64,000 nt of DNA, taken from contig CAVSPA010000004.1 of NCBI GenBank assembly GCA_963729715.1, positions 448,001-512,000 on the forward strand. The letters are read 5' to 3'. Source of the stretch: an uncultured delta proteobacterium. Its GTDB lineage: Bacteria > Desulfobacterota > Syntrophia > Syntrophales > UBA2185. How positions within the stretch are numbered: the first letter of the stretch is position 1; every line of letters starts with the position of its first letter. The translations under genes and the position numbers were made by a program. Shown here one piece after another: positions 41,778 through 53,091 of the stretch. The notes under the pieces were generated by a model. That model was not told where the DNA came from. It was given only the letters and a program-made list of their open reading frames with translations, and searched no databases.

Positions 41778-43139
41778 ATGAAAGAGATTTTGAGGTCTCG
41801 ATTCGACGAGATTATCGGTCGGAATTTTGAGCGTTTGACAGGAACAAAACAGGGAATCCGCGGACTTCCCCTGAATATTGCCACCATAGGATGCTTCATA
41901 CTCCTTGGCGGGAGGGAAATTGAGATTGAAAATTCTCCTAGATACGCCACCGAGAGATATACACGCGAGACATTTCTTGCCGACGCCGCCGGTTTAGGCG
42001 TCGAGCACGATGAGTACCTGGAGACGGGGCTCCGGGATATGATCGAGAGGGGATACTTTGCCGTTGATTCGAAAGGCAGGATCATCGCCCAGGAATCCAC
42101 GCTGGTCATGACCCGCGTCCTGGACCGCATCTTCCCTAAAATGACGGGGATCAATCTTCTTGCCTACATAGGACAGACGGTTGAGGAGGCTATGACCGGA
42201 CGCACTGACATGGAAGTGGCTGCCTCACGCTTCGACCAGACATTGAAGCACCACGGAGTTCCCTTCTCCGCACAAAGAACTTCCCAGGCATCCCTCTCTC
42301 CGAGCATCGATACGACGCCGATTGTGCAACCAGGACAGCAGGACAGCCGCAAGAGCCGTGATGAGATCTTAGCGGAATTATACAGTCGTGCTAACACCTC
42401 TCGGCCCAATCTTTCGGCCAATACTCGCCCGAATAAAGTTCCTGCTGAAGGCGCTGTCCTGAGAAACCTCGAAGTCGATGACATCGTTGCCAAAGGAAAC
42501 AATCCTCCCAAAAGTTCACGAGACGCAGAAGCAGAAAAGATGGAGGCTCCGGTCGAAGCTGCCGGCAGCACTCAGGCTGCCCTCGTCCCACCTGTTAGTA
42601 CACGGGCGATGGGCGATGAGATTGAGATGAGGAGCGCAGCCGAAGAACCCGATGTTTCCCTCGTCGAAGAAGGGGCCGCGCAAATTGCAGACAGAATTCT
42701 TGCGACCACTCACGATTCTTTGCCATCCGACGAGACAGCCAAATTGATCCAGGTAAAGGAAGAAGATGCGTCTGCTGACGATGGAGATCAGGGGGAAGGC
42801 CCTATCGACGATGATGCGGTTGCCGATAAGATTGCCGCCTTTGAAAAAGACCTGTCCTTCAACTGCCCCATATGCAAGACAAACGTGCTCACGGAACAAT
42901 CAACAGGGGCTGGCAAAAAATATTACACCTGTTCCTCGGGGAGCTGCAACTTCATAAGCTGGGGAAAACCTCACCATGTGGAATGCAACCGGTGCAAAAA
43001 TCCGTTCTTGATAGAAGCCTCAGAGGCGTCCGATGAGATAATCCTGAAGTGCCCCCGCGCTACGTGCCAGCACCGCCAGAGCCTCAATCCCAAGCTGGTT
43101 AAAGTGGTACGGAAGCGCACGGTGCGAAGAAAGAGATAA
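41778..43139 (+). CDS. Hypothetical protein with two C-terminal C4 zinc ribbons and basic tail
   Basis: CPIC..CSSGSC, CNRC..CPRATC, KVVRKRTVRRKR. Confidence 0.82.
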   Translation: MKEILRSRFDEIIGRNFERLTGTKQGIRGLPLNIATIGCFILLGGREIEIENSPRYATERYTRETFLADAAGLGVEHDEYLETGLRDMIERGYFAVDSKGRIIAQESTLVMTRVLDRIFPKMTGINLLAYIGQTVEEAMTGRTDMEVAASRFDQTLKHHGVPFSAQRTSQASLSPSIDTTPIVQPGQQDSRKSRDEILAELYSRANTSRPNLSANTRPNKVPAEGAVLRNLEVDDIVAKGNNPPKSSRDAEAEKMEAPVEAAGSTQAALVPPVSTRAMGDEIEMRSAAEEPDVSLVEEGAAQIADRILATTHDSLPSDETAKLIQVKEEDASADDGDQGEGPIDDDAVADKIAAFEKDLSFNCPICKTNVLTEQSTGAGKKYYTCSSGSCNFISWGKPHHVECNRCKNPFLIEASEASDEIILKCPRATCQHRQSLNPKLVKVVRKRTVRRKR

Positions 43140-43210
43140 TAAGTGCAATAAATATTTTTTGCCGCAGGGCGCTCGCAGGAAAGATTCAAACTTCCCACGT
43201 TTGACCATTT

Positions 43211-43888
43211 TCAACCACGCAAGCCAACCGCCTCATTCAAGTAATTCATAATATCCCCGAAATTTTCATAATGCACGCATGGCGTGCCGTCCTCCCTGCA
43301 CTTCTCATAGAGAACTTCCTTCGCAAAGACGAGGTCTGCGTCTCTCGCGGGACACACATCTGAATAACCGTTCCCCACGTAGATTACGCGGTCATACTTC
43401 GACCGGTAGTCCCTGAGGACGCCCTTCTTGCAGGTGCCGCATTTCTCACATTCGTCGTTCATCCGGGGAAACTCGATGGAGAGCTTATCATCATCACGAA
43501 AAATTGTGACATTAGAAAAAAATTCGATGTCCTCTATGTTGTTCTTCTTCAGTATCGCGTCTATATAAAAATCGAGGCCGTCGGATACGATCTTGAGATC
43601 CATGCCCCTGCTTCGGCAGAACCGATAGAACTCAAGGAAATGCGCGTCTATCTTTTCGCGGCTGCTGACAAATTCGAGCATCTCGGCCCTGCTCCCCGTG
43701 AAGAGTGAGGCCACCTGCGTATACGCTACGCGGGAGCCAATCTCACCCGCACAGTAAGCGCGGTCTATCTCTTCCCAGCCCTTATCGGTAAAGCGGTTGA
43801 GGATCTCGTTGCCCATATCGACTGTGGATACTGTTCCGTCAAAGTCGCACAGGATCAGCATTCTCGGTACCTTTGCGCCTGTCTTCAT
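43211..43888 (-). CDS. MtnX-like HAD-IB phosphatase
   Basis: CDFDGT, VSDG, CGTCK, GNGYSD.CPA..AD.VFAK. Confidence 0.88.
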   Translation of the reverse strand: MKTGAKVPRMLILCDFDGTVSTVDMGNEILNRFTDKGWEEIDRAYCAGEIGSRVAYTQVASLFTGSRAEMLEFVSSREKIDAHFLEFYRFCRSRGMDLKIVSDGLDFYIDAILKKNNIEDIEFFSNVTIFRDDDKLSIEFPRMNDECEKCGTCKKGVLRDYRSKYDRVIYVGNGYSDVCPARDADLVFAKEVLYEKCREDGTPCVHYENFGDIMNYLNEAVGLRG

Positions 43889-44211
43889 GACTGCTGCTTT
43901 TTCTTGTAATGCTTTAACAGAACATTAATCCCGAAAAGGATCAAGAGCACCGGAAGCAAGTATTTTGCAACTACGTGCAGATCGTACCCCCAGTTGTTCA
44001 CCAAAAGAAAAATCACCCCGGCGGCGCCGATGAACCATCCCCCGATATCCTTGACGCGCTGCATAAGCGTGCCCGCGGCAATTGCGATCAAGAGTAAGGG
44101 CCAGCTCTTATCGAACCCGTAGATGCCAGTGTTGTCGAGGATGATGAGAACGCCGAGCGTAATCAGGATCATGCCGCCTGTCAGGATATGCTTTTTTTCC
44201 CTTGCTTCCAT
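43885..44211 (-). CDS. Small membrane protein (LiaF/DUF5668-like)
   Basis: Four hydrophobic segments; WP and LP motifs. Confidence 0.7.
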   Translation of the reverse strand: MEAREKKHILTGGMILITLGVLIILDNTGIYGFDKSWPLLLIAIAAGTLMQRVKDIGGWFIGAAGVIFLLVNNWGYDLHVVAKYLLPVLLILFGINVLLKHYKKKQQS

Positions 44212-44239
44212 TTGCGGTCAACTCCTTACTTAGGAAAAT

Positions 44240-45004
44240 CTATTTCATCTTCTCTGCAAGGCTCAAGAAGGGCTTTATCAGATCGATGGGAATGGGAAAG
44301 AGCGTCGTCGAGTTATTCTCGGCTGCGATCTGATTCAAGGTCTGCAGGTACCGGAGCTGCAAGGACATCGGCTGCGTCTCCATAAGTGCGGCAGCTTCGA
44401 TCAGCTTCTGGGCGGCCTGGAACTCGCCTTCCGCACTGATGACCTTGGCCCGGCGTTCTCTCTCCGCTTCGGCTTGTTTGGCAATGGCCCGCTTCATCTC
44501 CTCGGGCAGATCGATCTGCTTTACTTCGACGTGAGAAACTTTAATTCCCCAAGGTTCGGTGCTCCGGTCCAGGATCTCCTGAATCTGGAGGTTGATCTTC
44601 TCACGCTGCGAGAGAAGTTCGTCGAGCTCCACTTGGCCGCAGACGCTCCGTAAGGTGGTCTGGGCGAGCTGGGAGGTGGCATAAAGGTAATTCTCCACAT
44701 TAATCACGGCATCGTTCGCATCCATGACCTTGAAATAAACGACGGCGTTGACCTTGATCGATATGTTGTCCCGTGTGATTACATCCTGCGGTGGGACATC
44801 CATGGTAATGGTGCGCATATCTACCTTCACCATCCTGTCCACGACCGGTATCAGGATGATGAGGCCCGGCCCTTTGGTGTCGATTACCCTCCCGAGGCGG
44901 AAGATCACGCCTCTTTCATACTCATTGAGTATCCTGATGGCTGACGCGAGAAACATGACCACCAGTACTACCAATACAATAAATGGAATAGAAAACATAA
45001 TCAC
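44240..45004 (-). CDS. Slipin / SPFH (band 7) protein
   Basis: [36 protein letters not shown]. Confidence 0.95.
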   Translation of the reverse strand: MIMFSIPFIVLVVLVVMFLASAIRILNEYERGVIFRLGRVIDTKGPGLIILIPVVDRMVKVDMRTITMDVPPQDVITRDNISIKVNAVVYFKVMDANDAVINVENYLYATSQLAQTTLRSVCGQVELDELLSQREKINLQIQEILDRSTEPWGIKVSHVEVKQIDLPEEMKRAIAKQAEAERERRAKVISAEGEFQAAQKLIEAAALMETQPMSLQLRYLQTLNQIAAENNSTTLFPIPIDLIKPFLSLAEKMK

Positions 45005-46320
45005 CCTCCCCGTTTATTTTCGATTTCTTCAACCTTGATTTTCAGACCTTCAACCTTGACGACCTTGATCCCCCTACCCGCCTCTATGCGCTTGTCACTT
45101 GTTGCATTCCAGTACTCACCCTTTATGAGGGCCTTTCCTGTATCATAAATATCAGTGACCGCTTTTCCTTCCTCACCTACCATGCCTTCCTTTCCTGTTT
45201 GCCGTTTTCTCATCTGGGCCTTCAGAACAAGGGCGATTACACCTGCAAAGAAAAGGCAGATGACTGTGAGCACAGGAATCATGACACTCCACGAGACCCT
45301 GAGTGCAGGATCAGGCGATTCAAAGAGCAATAGTGAGCCCAGGACAAGGGAGATAATCCCTCCGACTGTCAACAGGCCGTGGCTGATAACTTTTATCTCT
45401 GCAATAAAGAGGATGATGCCGAAGAGAATAAGCAGGATCCCCGCATAATTGACTGGCAGCGTCTGCAGGGCAAAAAAGGCCAAGATCAGCGAGATGCCGC
45501 CGATGATTCCGGGCAGAATGACGCCCGGATGGGCCAGTTCAAAATAAAGACCTGCAAGACCAACGAGCAAGAGGATATACGCTATATTCGGATCGCTTAT
45601 AGCCGAAAGTACCCTCTGGCGCGTACCCATTTTTTTCTCATTGATGATGGCATATTTTGTTTTAATCACCCTTTTCCCAGATGATACGGTTACCTCTTTT
45701 CCGTCCATCTCCTCCATAAGAGTGTTCAGGTCGGGAGCGACAAAATCTATGACCTTGAGTTTGAGGGCTTCTTCGGCGGTAACAGACTCGCTCTTTCTGA
45801 CGGATTTCTCCACCCAGTCCGCATTTCGTCCCCTCTTGTCCGCGATGCCCCGGACGTAGGCGACGGCGTCGTTCTCCACCTTTTTCATCATGGTCTTGTC
45901 CGCGCTGCCTATGCCCAGTCCCACCGGATGGGCGGCGCCGATATTCGTGCCGGGGGTCATGGCAGCGACATGCGCTGAAATCGTGATTATCACCCCTGCG
46001 GAAGCGGCCCGTGCCCCGGAAGGATTCACGTATACCACAATAGGAATGGACGAGTTCAAGATGGACTTCACAATATCCCTCATAGCAAGGTCCAAGCCGC
46101 CGGGCGTATCGAGGAGAATAATCAGGCCGTCGGAACCTGCCTTCCCCGATGCATCTATGCTTTGCACGATGTATTCGGCAATGGGCGGTGTGATGGTGGC
46201 ATGTACAGTTATAGTATCAAAGACGGGCTTCTTTTCTTCTGCAAGCAATCTGTCGAAAACAGGCATGATGAGAAGCAATGCGAGAATCAGGATTGGTATA
46301 TTGATTTTATTTATTTTCAT
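45001..46320 (-). CDS. nfeD: NfeD membrane serine protease (long form)
   Basis: LDTPGG, AASAG, IGAAHPV, C-terminal OB domain; paired with slipin. Confidence 0.93.
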   Translation of the reverse strand: MKINKINIPILILALLLIMPVFDRLLAEEKKPVFDTITVHATITPPIAEYIVQSIDASGKAGSDGLIILLDTPGGLDLAMRDIVKSILNSSIPIVVYVNPSGARAASAGVIITISAHVAAMTPGTNIGAAHPVGLGIGSADKTMMKKVENDAVAYVRGIADKRGRNADWVEKSVRKSESVTAEEALKLKVIDFVAPDLNTLMEEMDGKEVTVSSGKRVIKTKYAIINEKKMGTRQRVLSAISDPNIAYILLLVGLAGLYFELAHPGVILPGIIGGISLILAFFALQTLPVNYAGILLILFGIILFIAEIKVISHGLLTVGGIISLVLGSLLLFESPDPALRVSWSVMIPVLTVICLFFAGVIALVLKAQMRKRQTGKEGMVGEEGKAVTDIYDTGKALIKGEYWNATSDKRIEAGRGIKVVKVEGLKIKVEEIENKRGG

Positions 46321-46359
46321 GGATTGCCCCCCTCAATTCTTGAGCTGTATGGTAGATCG

Positions 46360-47106
46360 TTATGAAACCTGCTGCGGCAGCATCTTCATTATCTTCTGGA
46401 CGTCTTCCCACACTTGCTTCTTTGCACCCTGATTCCTCAAGAGATATGCCGGATGATAAGTAGGCATCAATTGTATCCCGTGATATGAATAAAACTTACC
46501 CCGCAGGACCGTTATTGGTACATCCGTTTTAAGCAGGGTGTGTGCGGCAAACGTCCCCAAAGCACAGATTACCCGCGGGCTAATCGCCTTAAGCTGCTTG
46601 ATAAGAAATGGTTCGCAGGCGGCTATTTCCTCTGGCTTGGGATTCCGGTTGCCGGGAGGACGGCACTTGAGGATATTGCATATATAGACATCAGTTCTCT
46701 TCAATCCCATGGCCGCGATAATCTTGGTCAGAAGCTGCCCGGCGCGTCCGACAAAGGGTCTCCCCTGGATATCTTCATCTCCTCCCGGCGCCTCGCCGAC
46801 GAATATGATCTCGGCCTTGGCGTTCCCCTCACCGAAGACGATGTTGGTTCTCACTCTTCCGAGGGGACACCTCTGACAATCACCGAGTTCATTCTTCACT
46901 TCTCCAAGGGTCAATGCCTTTCTGGCTGACGTTCTTTGTTGGGCCCGAGGTATGTCGGCAGGGGATGCTTCGAGAGCCGCGCTCTCGCCCGTCATACACA
47001 GGTACGCCGGCGACTTCCCCGCATCAATCCCGGACTGGATTTGAGATTTCAGATGCCTGACCAGCGCGAGGAGTTCATCTGCCGGATTTTCTTTTGCAGC
47101 TTCCAT
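46360..47106 (-). CDS. Family 4 uracil-DNA glycosylase (Fe-S)
   Basis: CQRC, GEAPG, KCRPPGNR, TYHPAYLLR. Confidence 0.93.
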   Translation of the reverse strand: MEAAKENPADELLALVRHLKSQIQSGIDAGKSPAYLCMTGESAALEASPADIPRAQQRTSARKALTLGEVKNELGDCQRCPLGRVRTNIVFGEGNAKAEIIFVGEAPGGDEDIQGRPFVGRAGQLLTKIIAAMGLKRTDVYICNILKCRPPGNRNPKPEEIAACEPFLIKQLKAISPRVICALGTFAAHTLLKTDVPITVLRGKFYSYHGIQLMPTYHPAYLLRNQGAKKQVWEDVQKIMKMLPQQVS

Positions 47107-47113
47107 AATGAGA

Positions 47114-48346
47114 CTATCTATCCCGAAAAGCAGGGCGGCGTCTGGGAGCAGGCCTTCTGCTCGTTATGATCTTCTTAACCCTGTCAAGTATCCTGTCGGC
47201 AACCTCCATCTTGCTCATCAAGGGGATGCTTTCAATTTCACCATCAGGACTGAGTATCTTGATTATATTTGTATCGTAACCGAACCCTGCACCTTCTTTC
47301 GTCACATCGTTGGCCACAATAATATCCATATTTTTTTTCTTCATTTTGTTCCTCGCATTCTCCACAAGGTTCTCCGTCTCCACGGCAAAACCAACGAGGA
47401 TGCAATTGCCCTTCTTCCTGCCGACCTCCAATATGATGTCCGGATTCCGCTCGAGTTCAAGATTAACCCCGTCGCCTTTCTTTATCTTGGCAGCGGAACG
47501 CAATGACGGGCGGTAATCGGCCACAGCGGCGGCTTTGATGACAACCGTGACGCTATCTAAATGCTCCATAACGGCATCCCGCATATCGACAGCGCTTGCG
47601 ACAGGTATGAACTTTATGTCCCGCGGCGCGGGCAATGCCGTGGGGCCGCTGATCAGTGTAACATTGGCGCCTCTCCGCTTTGCCGCAATTGCCAACGCGT
47701 ATCCCATTTTGCCCGAGGAATAATTGGTGATGTACCTGACCGGGTCGAAGGGCTCACGTGTGGGACCGGCAGTTACGAGAACCTTCTCTCCCTTAAGATC
47801 TTTCACGGTCAGGATGGATTCGACCTCTTCCAAAATATCCGGTATGTCCGGGAGCCTCCCGTAACCCTCGGCCTTGCAGGCCAGTTCGCCATACCCGGGC
47901 GCCATGAAGAGATAGCCCCGTGCTGTGAGCCTGCTGATATTCTCCTTCACGATCGCATTATTATACATGTTCACATTCATGGCCGGACAGATCAGCACCG
48001 GAGCTTTCGTCGCCATAACTGTGGTAGTAAGAATATCGTCAGCCAGACCCGCATCTATCTTTCCGATGATATTCGCTGTAGCCGGCGCAATCACGATGAC
48101 ATCCGCGTACTCTGCAAGAGAGATATGGGCCATATCGAAGTCCACCAGAGGTGCAAACATGTCCGTGAAGACGGGATGCCCCGAAAGCGTCTGGAGGGTC
48201 AGCGGTGTTATGAACGCGGCTGCGTTCTTGGTCATGATTACCCTGACCATGGCCCCCTTCTTTATAAACTCCCTCGTCAGCTCAGCGGATTTGTAGGCAG
48301 CAATCCCTCCCGTTATGCCAAGAACGATTCTCTTATCTTTTAGCAT
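47114..48346 (-). CDS. coaBC: Phosphopantothenoylcysteine decarboxylase/ligase
   Basis: GGIAAYK, PAMN, NYSSGKMG, AAVADY, GFAVET. Confidence 0.97.
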   Translation of the reverse strand: MLKDKRIVLGITGGIAAYKSAELTREFIKKGAMVRVIMTKNAAAFITPLTLQTLSGHPVFTDMFAPLVDFDMAHISLAEYADVIVIAPATANIIGKIDAGLADDILTTTVMATKAPVLICPAMNVNMYNNAIVKENISRLTARGYLFMAPGYGELACKAEGYGRLPDIPDILEEVESILTVKDLKGEKVLVTAGPTREPFDPVRYITNYSSGKMGYALAIAAKRRGANVTLISGPTALPAPRDIKFIPVASAVDMRDAVMEHLDSVTVVIKAAAVADYRPSLRSAAKIKKGDGVNLELERNPDIILEVGRKKGNCILVGFAVETENLVENARNKMKKKNMDIIVANDVTKEGAGFGYDTNIIKILSPDGEIESIPLMSKMEVADRILDRVKKIITSRRPAPRRRPAFRDR

Positions 48347-48535
48347 CTTTCTTATTCCTCAAAATTCATTGTGCACGCCGTAAAAACAACATACCGCCTT
48401 TATGGCTTCACATATAGCAAGTCTCATACACAACTTCAAGAATTAATGCAGGCATTTGTCGGAATATTCTGCTTTTAGCCTTGCAAAGCGATCTAAAAAT
48501 CATTATAAATCAGCCCGGCATGATCCAATATCCGC

Positions 48536-49876
48536 ATGAGGTATTTTATGAAAACCTATAGACCACACATAATAGCCATCTTAATTGTTTTGATAGCCGG
48601 TTTTGCCTTCTGGTTCTTCAATTCGTGGGGAGAATTGGAAAAGCCGGCCATCCAACTTGATCAGGACATAACGGCAATCGGAAGGTCTAAGACATTCAAT
48701 ATAGCATTTATGGACCGGAAGAGCGGACTCCGCAATTCAGCGGTCACCATAGTTCAGGATAATCAGACGCAGGTCCTTTCCTCCCTCAACTATGCGGACG
48801 CAGTAACCAAAGAAAGTAACGTAAGCGTAACTATAGACCCCCTGACGATGAAGCTTCATGAAGGGCCGGCCATAATCAATATTTCAGCGACTGACAACTC
48901 GCTATGGAAAAACGAGACAACCATTGCCATACAGGTCAATATAGATTTTGTACCACCGCAGATATTTCTGCTTACCTCCACCAACAATATTAATCCCGGC
49001 GGCACATGCGTGATCCTGTACAGGACATCAAAGCCGGTTAGCTCAAGCGGCGTCAAGGTCGAGAATAATTTTTCCCCGGGATACGCGACCTTGATTTCAG
49101 ATAAGCCTTGTCTAATCAGTTATTTTTCTATTCCCACAGATGCCAGGCATGGCGGAACAACGATAAAAGTAATCGCCCGGGATCAGGCAGGTAATGAATC
49201 TTCAGTTGCACTACCAACTCTTATCAGGAAGAAGAAATTCCGCAGCGACAAGATGACACTGAGCGATAATTTTTTGCAGCAGAAGATGCCCGAATTTCAG
49301 AGTCATAATCCCGTTCTTCAGGGCAAGACGCCCATCGAGACTTTCATATATGTCAACACCAAGATGCGTGAGGAAAATGACGCTACAATCCGCGAAATCT
49401 GCAAAACGTCGAATCCCAAACAATTATGGGAGGGCACATTCCTCCGGATGAAAAATGCCGCTCCCATGGCCTTGTTCGGTGATAAGAGAAAATATCAATA
49501 CCAGGGCAAGGTAGTGGGTGAGAGCGTCCACATGGGTGTTGACCTTGCTTCCACGACAAATGCGCCGGTGGAGGCCGCCAATAACGGCATCGTTGCATAC
49601 GCCGGTTACCTCGGTATCTACGGCAACTTCGTGATGATCGATCACGGGTTCGGATTCTTCACTGTTTACGGCCACCTGAATTCCATAGATGTCAAGAAGG
49701 GACAGGAAGTGAAGAAAGGCGACGTTATCGCCCATACAGGATCAACAGGTCTTGCGGGTGGCGATCATCTGCATTTTGGAATGCTTATCGGGGGGCAGTT
49801 CGTAAACCCTCAAGAGTGGTGGGACGCCCATTGGATTGCGGATAACGTCACCAAAAAGATGGCCGTCTCTTTTTAG
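48536..49876 (+). CDS. M23 metallopeptidase with N-terminal TM segment
   Basis: HMGVDLA, YGHL, GGDHLHF. Confidence 0.9.
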   Translation: MRYFMKTYRPHIIAILIVLIAGFAFWFFNSWGELEKPAIQLDQDITAIGRSKTFNIAFMDRKSGLRNSAVTIVQDNQTQVLSSLNYADAVTKESNVSVTIDPLTMKLHEGPAIINISATDNSLWKNETTIAIQVNIDFVPPQIFLLTSTNNINPGGTCVILYRTSKPVSSSGVKVENNFSPGYATLISDKPCLISYFSIPTDARHGGTTIKVIARDQAGNESSVALPTLIRKKKFRSDKMTLSDNFLQQKMPEFQSHNPVLQGKTPIETFIYVNTKMREENDATIREICKTSNPKQLWEGTFLRMKNAAPMALFGDKRKYQYQGKVVGESVHMGVDLASTTNAPVEAANNGIVAYAGYLGIYGNFVMIDHGFGFFTVYGHLNSIDVKKGQEVKKGDVIAHTGSTGLAGGDHLHFGMLIGGQFVNPQEWWDAHWIADNVTKKMAVSF

Positions 49877-49962
49877 ATTTTTATGCATGAACTGGTCAAG
49901 GCCAGCCCAATGGTCAAATTAGAATTTCTAACTTCTCGATAGTTGCGACCCGTTATGTCAGG

Positions 49963-50829
49963 TTAACTCTTATTGATGTCCCTGTGGTTTATGGTCACTA
50001 TATAATTCTTATCTGAAAAGTAAGAACCCAGTTTGTTTGCCATGACGACCGACCTGTGTCTCCCACCTGTGCATCCGAGGGCTATATTAAGCCGGGCCTT
50101 TCCCTCCTTTTCATAAAGCGGGATGAGAAATGCCATCAGTTCGAAAAGCTTTTGAATAAATATTCTGCTCTCTTCCGATTCGAGCACGTAATTCCGAACC
50201 TCCGGATGGTGACCATCATAGAATTTCAGTTCTTCGACGAAATATGGATTGGGAAGAAAACGCACGTCAAGCACGATGTCTGCATCGGCGGGTATGCCGT
50301 ACCGGTACCCGAATGATGTCACATGAACCACCATCCTTTGATTTACGGATGAAGAAATAAACTGCCTCTGGACGACGTCCTTCAATTGATGAACGTTGTA
50401 CGAGGTGGTATCGATGACTTTATCGGCCATCTGTTTCAAAGGGGCCAGCTTCTCCCTCTCCAGATTGATGCCTTCCATCACGGAACCCTTCACTGAAGTG
50501 GGATGCACCCTTCTTGTTTCACTGAATCGATGCAGGAGGGCGTCATCACTCGAATCGAGAAATAGTATCTCTATCCTGTAACCCTCGCTCTTCAGCTGGT
50601 CAAAGATCTTTGTATATTTTTCGAGAAAATTCTTCTCCCTCAAATCCATGACCATGGCGACTTTTGTGATGTCCTTGGAGGCATCGGACTGAATCTTGAG
50701 GAATCTCGGAAGAAGAACAACGGGCAGGTTATCGACGCAAAAAAAACCGATGTCCTCCAGCGCCCGGAGGGCGGTACTCTTGCCTGATCCCGAAAGTCCC
50801 GTGATGATTACCACTCGCAGGTTGTTCAT
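49963..50829 (-). CDS. rapZ: RapZ/YvcJ P-loop protein
   Basis: [32 protein letters not shown]. Confidence 0.96.
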   Translation of the reverse strand: MNNLRVVIITGLSGSGKSTALRALEDIGFFCVDNLPVVLLPRFLKIQSDASKDITKVAMVMDLREKNFLEKYTKIFDQLKSEGYRIEILFLDSSDDALLHRFSETRRVHPTSVKGSVMEGINLEREKLAPLKQMADKVIDTTSYNVHQLKDVVQRQFISSSVNQRMVVHVTSFGYRYGIPADADIVLDVRFLPNPYFVEELKFYDGHHPEVRNYVLESEESRIFIQKLFELMAFLIPLYEKEGKARLNIALGCTGGRHRSVVMANKLGSYFSDKNYIVTINHRDINKS

Positions 50830-51731
50830 GAGTCTCCTCTTTCCATTGCGCTCATTAATTTTTGAACCACAAACTCAACATGCCTGTACAAATTGCGTGT
50901 CTGCGGAAAACCAGGGAGCACGATACGGGGCAGTTTGACCCCCAGGATATCCGATAATTCTTCTGATTTCCAGATGCCTTTGCGCCCTCCGTCATCACCA
51001 ATTGTCTTCAATTCAACGATGAGATTGATGACTGAATCGTCGAGGATGGTTTGGGCGCCGAGAAGTTCTTCCGCCTCAACAACGCCATTATGTTTGATAT
51101 GGATAAGACCTTGGACGAGTTCGTTACTCCTGCCATACAACGAATCCCCTCTTCTTTCTATCTCTACGGCGTCGTCTGCTACCCACCGATGTCCTCTTTC
51201 CACCAGCTTCAGAGAACATTCAGTCTTCCCCCTGCCGCTGTCTCCTGTGAGCATCACACCGAGGCCTGAGACACTTACAAGCGTCCCATGCATAGAGATG
51301 GAATTTTCAAGTTTCTCCCTCAAGAGGCGGGAGAGACGGCTCTCCAAGAGAAACTCATCGTAGACCGATGCAAAGACAGAAACACCGTACGCCTCTGAGA
51401 AAGACGCCATAAGACCCGGTACTGTATCCCTTTCCGAGATTGCTATTAAGGGAATACTGTTTGAAACGATGGCTTGAAATATCTTCTCGCGGGATTCTGA
51501 TGGTATTGATGTGAGTTCGGAAATATGTTGAGGTGTGATCACGAGGGCGGCATCGGGAATAATCCACTCCCGGAAGCCTTCGGCTTTCTCATATCGCTGA
51601 ACACGGATGCTGCTTGTTGATCTCGGAAGACCGGCCTCACCGGTCATTTGTGAGAGTCCTAATTCATCCCCTCTACCTTGAAGAATGTCTTTTAACCGGA
51701 GCGAGGCCATGGAAGTAAGATACCCTGACAA
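50826..51731 (-). CDS. hprK: HPr kinase/phosphorylase (divergent)
   Basis: [23 protein letters not shown]; located between ptsN and rapZ. Confidence 0.85.
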   Translation of the reverse strand: MSGYLTSMASLRLKDILQGRGDELGLSQMTGEAGLPRSTSSIRVQRYEKAEGFREWIIPDAALVITPQHISELTSIPSESREKIFQAIVSNSIPLIAISERDTVPGLMASFSEAYGVSVFASVYDEFLLESRLSRLLREKLENSISMHGTLVSVSGLGVMLTGDSGRGKTECSLKLVERGHRWVADDAVEIERRGDSLYGRSNELVQGLIHIKHNGVVEAEELLGAQTILDDSVINLIVELKTIGDDGGRKGIWKSEELSDILGVKLPRIVLPGFPQTRNLYRHVEFVVQKLMSAMERGDS

Positions 51732-52193
51732 TCAACTTGCGTCATCCTTGTCCGCAATTATTACGTACAGCTCATCCTTCGACTTGGCTTCTATGAGTTT
51801 CTTCCTGAATGCGCTGTCCTTCAACATCTTCGATATTTTGGCAAGTGCCTTAAGGTGCACGCCTGTCGTATTCTCCGGGGCTAAGAGCAGGAAGAAAAGA
51901 TTGGCCGGTTTGCCGTCCATGGAATTAAAGTCGACGCCTTCCCTGCTTCTGCCGAATGAGACGATCAACTCATCCAGATCTGCCAGCTTGCCGTGGGGAA
52001 TAGCGATGCCATCTCCTATGCCCGTACTGCCCAACTTTTCCCTGTCCAAAAGTGTGTTCACCACTAATTCCTGATTAATCGTGCCATTCTCACTACGAAT
52101 AACGCCGGACAATTCAGCAAGAACATCCCTCTTGGTCTTTGCCTCCAGTTCTTCGATGATATATTCTTTCCTGAAGATATCCATTATTTTCAT
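51732..52193 (-). CDS. ptsN: PTS EIIA (Ntr/fructose type)
   Basis: REKLGSTGIG.GIAIPHG. Confidence 0.92.
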   Translation of the reverse strand: MKIMDIFRKEYIIEELEAKTKRDVLAELSGVIRSENGTINQELVVNTLLDREKLGSTGIGDGIAIPHGKLADLDELIVSFGRSREGVDFNSMDGKPANLFFLLLAPENTTGVHLKALAKISKMLKDSAFRKKLIEAKSKDELYVIIADKDDAS

Positions 52194-52209
52194 GATGTTT
52201 CCTCAAACT

Positions 52210-52749
52210 TCAGCTGCTGGTCTCTATGAGCGCATACTTTCCGTCATCGCGGATATATATGATGCTGACGTTTTCCGTAGAAGAATCTCTGTAAACAACA
52301 AAACGGTTCCTCGATATATCAATCTCCATAATAGCATCTTCGAGAGACATGGGTTTCAACACGACTTTTCTCATTTCCACTATTCTTACTTCCTGCGCTT
52401 CATCTGCTTCATCGGGATACGCTGCCCGGGATGCGGCCCCTTCCAACCGTGCTGTATTTGTTTTGTGACCCCGCGTCCTTTCTTTGCGCTTCTTAAGCTG
52501 ACGTTCTATCTTGTCGATTGCATTATCAATAGCAACGCTCATTTCCTTGGCTTCCTCTTTGGCATTTAGGACCTGCCCGTTCGTCATCAGATTTACTTCC
52601 GCCACATTTCTGAACTTTTCCACGGAAAGAACAACGCGGGCCTCCACCGGGGTGTCCAGATATTTTTCGAGTTTCTTTAGTTTTTGATCGATATATTCCT
52701 TATGCCAGTTATCCCCTTCTGTATTTCTGAAGGTTACAGAAATCTTCAT
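52210..52749 (-). CDS. hpf: Long ribosome hibernation promoting factor
   Basis: AID...KIERQL; C-terminal KPMSLEDA...Y.R.DG.Y.LIE. Confidence 0.92.
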   Translation of the reverse strand: MKISVTFRNTEGDNWHKEYIDQKLKKLEKYLDTPVEARVVLSVEKFRNVAEVNLMTNGQVLNAKEEAKEMSVAIDNAIDKIERQLKKRKERTRGHKTNTARLEGAASRAAYPDEADEAQEVRIVEMRKVVLKPMSLEDAIMEIDISRNRFVVYRDSSTENVSIIYIRDDGKYALIETSS

Positions 52750-53091
52750 AACTACACCCTCCTATGTTTCCATACATTTTGCCGCGCACTCTCTCTATCT
52801 CTTGAGAGGGCGGGCATCCTAATCCTTAAATCATCTTAGGTCAACCTGTTTTTTGGGGGCTCTTTCGGACGGGCCCCGCGGGAACAAACCAATCGTCTGA
52901 AAAATATATGGCGAAACAAGAAGTCCGGAGGCGAGGCGCCTCCACACGCAGGACAGGAATGAACAAATGTGGGGCATGAGGCATGTCTGAACACAAGCCA
53001 CAGCTTGCCCTCGGCCTGCGCAGGGAAGGATGAGACCCAATTTATGCCGGAGCCTGCCCGCACAAAAGCGTGAAGACTTCCCACAATACCG

